Part shown: one piece after another, positions 59,360 to 64,000 of the stretch
Numbering within the stretch: position 1 is the first letter of the stretch
How the letters are laid out: every line of letters begins with the position of its first letter
Source of the DNA: Candidatus Poribacteria bacterium
Lineage (GTDB): Bacteria > Poribacteria > WGA-4E > PCPOR2b
Assembly (NCBI GenBank): GCA_965198175.1
Contig: OZ240245.1
Location: 1,696,001 to 1,760,000, forward strand
Direction of reading: 5' to 3'
DNA: 64,000 nucleotides
Notes under the pieces: model-generated
What the model was told of the DNA's origin: nothing
What the model saw: the letters and a program-made list of their open reading frames with translations, nothing else
The model's database searches: none
Program-made: the position numbers and the translations under genes

Positions 59360-59731
59360 CTATTTCCACAGGGTTTGAGCTGAGGTGCTCGTATACTTGT
59401 TGTACCTGTCGATGTAGTCTTCCCGGGGCGGAGAGAAGATATCCAGAACGCGCGCTGGACCTTCTACTACAATCCCCGAATGCACCACGTCAGGGGGCAC
59501 AATGAAAGCATCCCCTATTTCCATGAGGTATTCCTCTGAACCAATCTTGAACTGCAACTTCCCCGATAATACTATACCGGCTTGCTCGTGTGGGTGGCTG
59601 TGTGCCGGAACTTCGCTCCCTTCCTCCATTTCAAGGAAAGAGAGCAGCAGATGTTCGCCGGAGACAATGCCACTGAGCGCGCCGGGAAATAATTGCATTC
59701 TGGGTAGTTTCTCAGAAGCGATAAACGGCAT
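59360..59731 (-). CDS. Cupin domain protein
   Basis: P.HSHPHEQ, GD...VPP.V.H, LDIFSPPREDY; start ATG 59731. Confidence 0.9.
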   Translation of the reverse strand: MPFIASEKLPRMQLFPGALSGIVSGEHLLLSFLEMEEGSEVPAHSHPHEQAGIVLSGKLQFKIGSEEYLMEIGDAFIVPPDVVHSGIVVEGPARVLDIFSPPREDYIDRYNKYTSTSAQTLWK

Positions 59732-59879
59732 GTTTTCCCTTTCTATGGATGTTACACGGACAAATCGAGTGTTGTATGTTGACCGGATAGACCGGCAGTC
59801 TATCTCAGACTCGATCATTTATTGACGACCGTAATCTGCTTTCGACCGCTGTCCAGAATCTCAACTTCGAACAAGGTGT

Positions 59880-60320
59880 CTAATTTACCGAGGGAACGGC
59901 AGCCGTGCCAGAAAGCGGCATTGCTCTCGGCAATGAGGAAGCATGATGATGCACCATCTTCCAGTCGCTCTCTTCACGTTTGAAAATGTTCGTTGCTTGA
60001 GCAAAGCCTATGCTCATCCGCCCACCGGCAAGAGTGCTAATTGTTTCTAGGCACGTCATCCATGCGAATTGTTGATCGACATAGATGGAAACTGCGCTCG
60101 GGTGAATATCCATTTGGCTTGTATTCCGGAAAATATCCCCCCAACTCTTACAGATTTTGACCCAACCGGTGAGCGGTTCCCAACCCGGGTGAATGCACTG
60201 CACCCAATCCACATGCAGCCAAACCCCGCCCATCATGTCGTTACTCAAATGGCACATTGCTCGATAAAAGTCTTCGTTTGCTTGTTCAACTCTTTGCTGC
60301 TCCATCATTGATTTGTTCAC
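59880..60320 (-). CDS. NTF2/SnoaL-like protein
   Basis: AN..FY.A, W......CIHPGW..L.G, ATN.F......WKMVHHHAS. Confidence 0.88.
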   Translation of the reverse strand: MNKSMMEQQRVEQANEDFYRAMCHLSNDMMGGVWLHVDWVQCIHPGWEPLTGWVKICKSWGDIFRNTSQMDIHPSAVSIYVDQQFAWMTCLETISTLAGGRMSIGFAQATNIFKREESDWKMVHHHASSLPRAMPLSGTAAVPSVN

Positions 60321-61020
60321 TTTCTTTTCCTGTGTTTTGTTCTGCTTTCTTCAACTTTTTCTTAAGTACCTGCCGATTGAATCCTCTCCGGCCTTTCCAA
60401 CCATCATAAATCGCATAGATCCAGAGGATAATTCCTTGAATAAAACCACTAATTTTGAACTTCCAAGATGGGCGATACATTAACTTCTTGACGGCATAAA
60501 TGTTTAATCGCCCATCTACCTTCCTGACAACGTATGCGCGATCGCCATGCGTGATTACCCATCGGCTGTTGGTCTTTTTTGTCAAGATTACAGCCTCCTT
60601 AGAGAGTAGGATGCCGTTATCCTTAAATGTCTGTCGCAATTTCTCTGAGAGATTTCTATTGTCTAAATCCTTTTGGAACTTCAATCCAATGTAAAACAGC
60701 AAATTGTCGTCAAATGTGTATAAATGGTAATCGCGCTCCTGTTTTTCTTTCGCCTCCGTTGCAACAAGTTGGGACTTTTCTGGATCTTCCTGTGTCTCTA
60801 TCTCGGCTTGCCGAGTTTCCCACCATGTTTCAAGCCCATCCAAGCGCATCAAGTCACGCCAATCATTTACTGGAAGCGAGCTGATGTAAATTACCGCGCA
60901 TGCAGAGAGAACTCCCAGAAATAGGATTGCACCTTTCAGCGGTTTACGCAGATAGAGTTGTCCCAGCCCTGGAATCATTGATAACAACATCGCGAGGTAC
61001 GATCGCTTCGCGGTATTCAT
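60286..61020 (-). CDS. Hypothetical membrane protein carrying one ~70-aa inserted module
   Basis: A.LLS.IPGLGQLYL....KG N-terminus and C-terminal W.YAIYD helix. Confidence 0.75.
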   Translation of the reverse strand: MNTAKRSYLAMLLSMIPGLGQLYLRKPLKGAILFLGVLSACAVIYISSLPVNDWRDLMRLDGLETWWETRQAEIETQEDPEKSQLVATEAKEKQERDYHLYTFDDNLLFYIGLKFQKDLDNRNLSEKLRQTFKDNGILLSKEAVILTKKTNSRWVITHGDRAYVVRKVDGRLNIYAVKKLMYRPSWKFKISGFIQGIILWIYAIYDGWKGRRGFNRQVLKKKLKKAEQNTGKESEQINDGAAKS

Positions 61021-61046
61021 CCTTACTACTTCGACCTCCCCTTGTA

Positions 61047-61433
61047 TCAGTCGCTGCGAGCAACCAGATAAACACCGATACAGATTACAATCGCCCCGAT
61101 GATTCGAGTCTTGGACACGGATTCTTTAAGAAATAACCACGACAGAAGAATTGATAAAACATAGCCGAGGCTAATCATTGGGTAGGCGACACTCAGTCTA
61201 ACGCGCGATAAGATGACAAGCCAAATCATCGTTGTAAATCCGTACACTGAAATTCCGCCAATGACGAATGGGTTCAAAAAGGCTTGGACCAGCTTAGGAA
61301 TAGTGTCTTTTAACGACTGAACCGGCCCCACGGCGATCATTCCTCGTTTGAGTAGCAGTTGACCGCCAACTGTTAATAACACATTAAAAACGAGTAGTAG
61401 GAAAATTCTAAAACTTAAACCGTTATTCATCAA
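61047..61433 (-). CDS. Small DMT/EamA transporter (ArnE/ArnF-like flippase subunit)
   Basis: GQLLLKRG, W...LSRV.LS.AYP..SLGY, FLKE.V. Confidence 0.85.
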   Translation of the reverse strand: MMNNGLSFRIFLLLVFNVLLTVGGQLLLKRGMIAVGPVQSLKDTIPKLVQAFLNPFVIGGISVYGFTTMIWLVILSRVRLSVAYPMISLGYVLSILLSWLFLKESVSKTRIIGAIVICIGVYLVARSD

Positions 61434-61452
61434 CGAGGCATATTCCTTCTCT

Positions 61453-62481
61453 TCAGATGATGTCGCGGATGACGTAAATTGGCTTTTTCTGGGATTCGTG
61501 ATAGGTCCTGATTATCAGTTCTCCTAGAAGTCCCATTGTGATGAACTGGACGCCTGTGAACAGAAGAAGCACACCAAAAATCAGCAATGGCATACGTTCA
61601 ATTAGGCTAAATCCACGCTCGCCTGCTGCCGCGTAAAGGTATGACAAAAAGCCTGATTGAACCCCTGCGGGAAAAAACAGCTTGCCGATTGAAAGATAGC
61701 CGCAAATGCCTATACCCGAAAGGAAGAAAATTAAGCCAACTAGACCAAAAATTTGGATTGGGCGAGTTGAATAACTCATTAGAAACTTAACTGTGATGAG
61801 ATCCAAAATGACCCGAATTGTGCGAGAGATACCATACTTCGATTTCCCGCGCGCCCGTGGACGATGTATCACCTTGACCTCCGCAATTTCAGCGCCGATC
61901 AGTTTCGCAAACGCGGGGATAAAGCGGTGCAGCTCCCCGTAAAGATTGATATTTTCGAGAACCTCACGCCGATAGGCTTTCAGGGTACAACCAAAATCGT
62001 GGAGATAAACACCCGTCATCCATGCGATAAGGCGATTTGCGAGGATTGATGGTAGGCGCCGCAGAACAAATCCGTCTTTTCGACTCGCTCTCCAGCCACT
62101 GACGATGTCGTAGCCTTCATCCAGTTTTTCAAGCAGCCGTTCTACGTCAAAAGGATCGTTCTGGAGATCGGCATCCATCGGGATAATCACTTTTCCACAC
62201 GCATAATCGAAACCTGCACTCATCGCGGCTGTCTGCCCGAAGTTTCGGCGAAAACGGATGGCGTGAATATTAGGGTGCATCTGTGCAACCTCTCGCAAAA
62301 TCTCAAAGCTGCAATCAGCACTTCCATCGTCGATGAAGATAATTTCATACGATTTCTTAAGTTTTACAAGCGCATCTGTTAGTCGATCGTAAAGCTCGTG
62401 GAGATTCTCCTCTTCATTGAAAACGGGAATGACAATCGAAAGGTCAACTTTTTCTCTATCGTTCTTTTGAGAATTGGACAT
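61453..62481 (-). CDS. GT2 polyprenol-phosphate glycosyltransferase (ArnC/GtrB-like)
   Basis: VIPVFNEE, IDDGS, RNFGQTAA, MDADLQNDP, DFGCTLKAYR, two C-terminal TM helices. Confidence 0.92.
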   Translation of the reverse strand: MSNSQKNDREKVDLSIVIPVFNEEENLHELYDRLTDALVKLKKSYEIIFIDDGSADCSFEILREVAQMHPNIHAIRFRRNFGQTAAMSAGFDYACGKVIIPMDADLQNDPFDVERLLEKLDEGYDIVSGWRASRKDGFVLRRLPSILANRLIAWMTGVYLHDFGCTLKAYRREVLENINLYGELHRFIPAFAKLIGAEIAEVKVIHRPRARGKSKYGISRTIRVILDLITVKFLMSYSTRPIQIFGLVGLIFFLSGIGICGYLSIGKLFFPAGVQSGFLSYLYAAAGERGFSLIERMPLLIFGVLLLFTGVQFITMGLLGELIIRTYHESQKKPIYVIRDII

Positions 62482-62769
62482 GTTGAAATCAATTTCCTAT
62501 ACGCTTAGCCTGAACTCCACCGGGGCTGCGCCATCTCTTGAGCAACAGCCGTTCGAGTGCGTTAAAGTCATCCACCTGTAAATAATAAAAATCTGAAATT
62601 TGTATGCGTGATTTTATGTTGATTATACAATAATTTTTCAACAAAGTAAATGGATTTGTTGAAGGCGATTGACGAAAACTTGATAGCCACAGCAGCCGTT
62701 GCAGTTGTTCAGACAATGGAAAGTGGTTGCGACATTTGAAATCTCCGATCGAATTCTGAAAAATGATAT

Positions 62770-62798
62770 TTGACATTTACGACAGTGTGGAATATAAT
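62770..62798 (+). promoter_or_regulatory. Consensus sigma70 promoter of iscU-iscA
   Basis: TTGACA-17 bp-TATAAT, a perfect consensus. Confidence 0.8.
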
Positions 62799-62851
62799 TA
62801 TACTTACGCTATTGGTGCCTTCAAGTTGTAACTTGAAAACATTCAGATATT

Positions 62852-63229
62852 ATGTATACGCAACAGGTTATTGATCATTATGAAAATCCGCGCAATCTCG
62901 GCACGATTAAAGATGCTGATGGAGTGGGCATCGTAGGTACACCCGCTAATGGTGACATGATGAAGCTCACAATCAAAGTCTCCCAAAATCAAATTGTTGA
63001 CGCAAAATTCAGGACATTTGGTTGTGTTGCCGCGATTGCTGCGAATTCAGTGTTAACAGAACTCATCAAAGGGCTTTCAATCGAAGAAGCATTAAAAATT
63101 ACAGATTCGCAAGTCGAAGCGGTGCTGGGCAAGCTGCCACCGGATAAAATTCGATATATTGTTCTTACCGAAGAAGTGTTGAAGGTCGCAATTCATGACT
63201 ATGTTTCGCGCGCAAATGCGGAAGTTTAG
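62852..63229 (+). CDS. iscU: IscU/NifU-N-like Fe-S scaffold homologue (degenerate ligands)
   Basis: Y...V.DH..NPRN.G, GD.MKL, KFRTFGC, LPP.K. Confidence 0.8.
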   Translation: MYTQQVIDHYENPRNLGTIKDADGVGIVGTPANGDMMKLTIKVSQNQIVDAKFRTFGCVAAIAANSVLTELIKGLSIEEALKITDSQVEAVLGKLPPDKIRYIVLTEEVLKVAIHDYVSRANAEV

Positions 63230-63246
63230 AAAGGAGGATGACTTGT

Positions 63247-63588
63247 ATGATCTCTGTGACGGAATCTGCCGCCAAAAAAACGCGCTCATTGCTAGAAAAG
63301 GCAAAAACGGAAGAAGAATACGACGCTGAGAAAGAATATGGCTTGCGTATGAAGGTTGTTGGTGGGGGGTGTTCCGGTTTTCAGTACGAGCTTGGATTCG
63401 ACGAGCCACGAAGTGGTGACAAAGTCTTTGAACATCACGGGGTAAAAATATTTCTGGATCCACGCAGTACGCTCTACCTCGCTGGTTCAACGCTAGACTA
63501 CGCAGACGGCTTAATGGAATCGGGTTTCAAAATTACCAACCCCAATGCGAAGTCCACATGTGGTTGCGGAGAGTCTTTCAGCGTCTAA
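63247..63588 (+). CDS. iscA: A-type Fe-S carrier (IscA/HesB family)
   Basis: GGGCSGFQY and NPNAKSTCGCGESF; AAGGAGG 9 nt before ATG 63247. Confidence 0.92.
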   Translation: MISVTESAAKKTRSLLEKAKTEEEYDAEKEYGLRMKVVGGGCSGFQYELGFDEPRSGDKVFEHHGVKIFLDPRSTLYLAGSTLDYADGLMESGFKITNPNAKSTCGCGESFSV

Positions 63589-63611
63589 GTTCGTTTTAAT
63601 GAAAAATATCG

Positions 63612-63648
63612 GGCAGGAGGTTCAAATTGAGCCTCCTGCCTTTTTTTT
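63612..63648 (+). terminator. Rho-independent terminator
   Basis: ggcaggaggttcaa-a-ttgagcctcctgcc followed by T8. Confidence 0.9.
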
Positions 63649-63892
63649 ACCTGGAAATTTTGGTTAGATGTCGCATCTCATTTTTCATACGCTTCACTTT
63701 GGAGATTTTTTCCGAAATGACAAGCGATTTTCATCATATTACTAGAAAAAGGATTCATGTAAAGGAGAATCAATCTTCGCTTGAGTTTAGGCGGCATGAA
63801 GTTTGGGCGCACAAATGTCGATTGGTTCTCAATACGTCGCACACCATGGTTGATTGACATCTTTGCCAAGGAACGGTAAGCACTTGTCCCGA

Positions 63893-64000
63893 TCATTGCA
63901 TGTGCTGCCTAATTTTGTCTGCTGCTTCCACAATCTGATTCATATCGCCTTGTTGGGGCCGCCATGGCAGAACGAGCGAATCGTCTTCCCAACGCGGGAT
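63893..64000 (-). CDS. 3' end of a gene running off the window
   Basis: Open frame ...DMNQIVEAADKIRQHMQ*, loosely like the C-terminal helix of DegT/DnrJ aminotransferases. Confidence 0.35.
   Translation of the reverse strand: MPRWEDDSLVLPWRPQQGDMNQIVEAADKIRQHMQ

Overview
Bacterial chromosomal window, probably Candidatus Poribacteria or a similar sponge symbiont. This is inferred from the LRR/Big-1/'NYPNPFNPETWIPY' surface protein and the ankyrin and HEAT proteins. Layout: (1) 1-6.4 kb, an accessory cluster with an AlkD-like repair protein, three VOC proteins, a TM0106-type nuclease, an ankyrin protein and an SPL-like radical SAM enzyme. (2) 6.4-22 kb, a co-oriented minus-strand defence island: type III-like Res, HTH-ImmA/IrrE + DUF4411, a frameshifted MNT, Mod methyltransferase, AAA_21 ATPase, an IetA/IetS-like pair and a RelE-like/UvrD helicase. 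(3) 22-64 kb, mostly core and metabolic genes (purN, mqnE/mqnA, phoH-ybeY-CBS, tRNA-Pro, recO, thiE, rtcB, iscU/iscA), with an inserted TdeIII/MjaII-type type II RM pair. Two observations stand out. First, a four-helix-bundle gene of the 23S-rRNA-IVS type sits inside the mod gene, bracketed by a 13-bp inverted repeat and heptamer repeats. The Mod C-terminal reading frame stays open across the whole insert, and precise removal of the stem-loop would also restore the frame, which points to a dual-coding, recoding or RNA-excision element in an mRNA. Second, a ~70-aa module I cannot assign to a named family is inserted in frame three times in two unrelated proteins. All family assignments come from motif recognition by eye; no searches were run.
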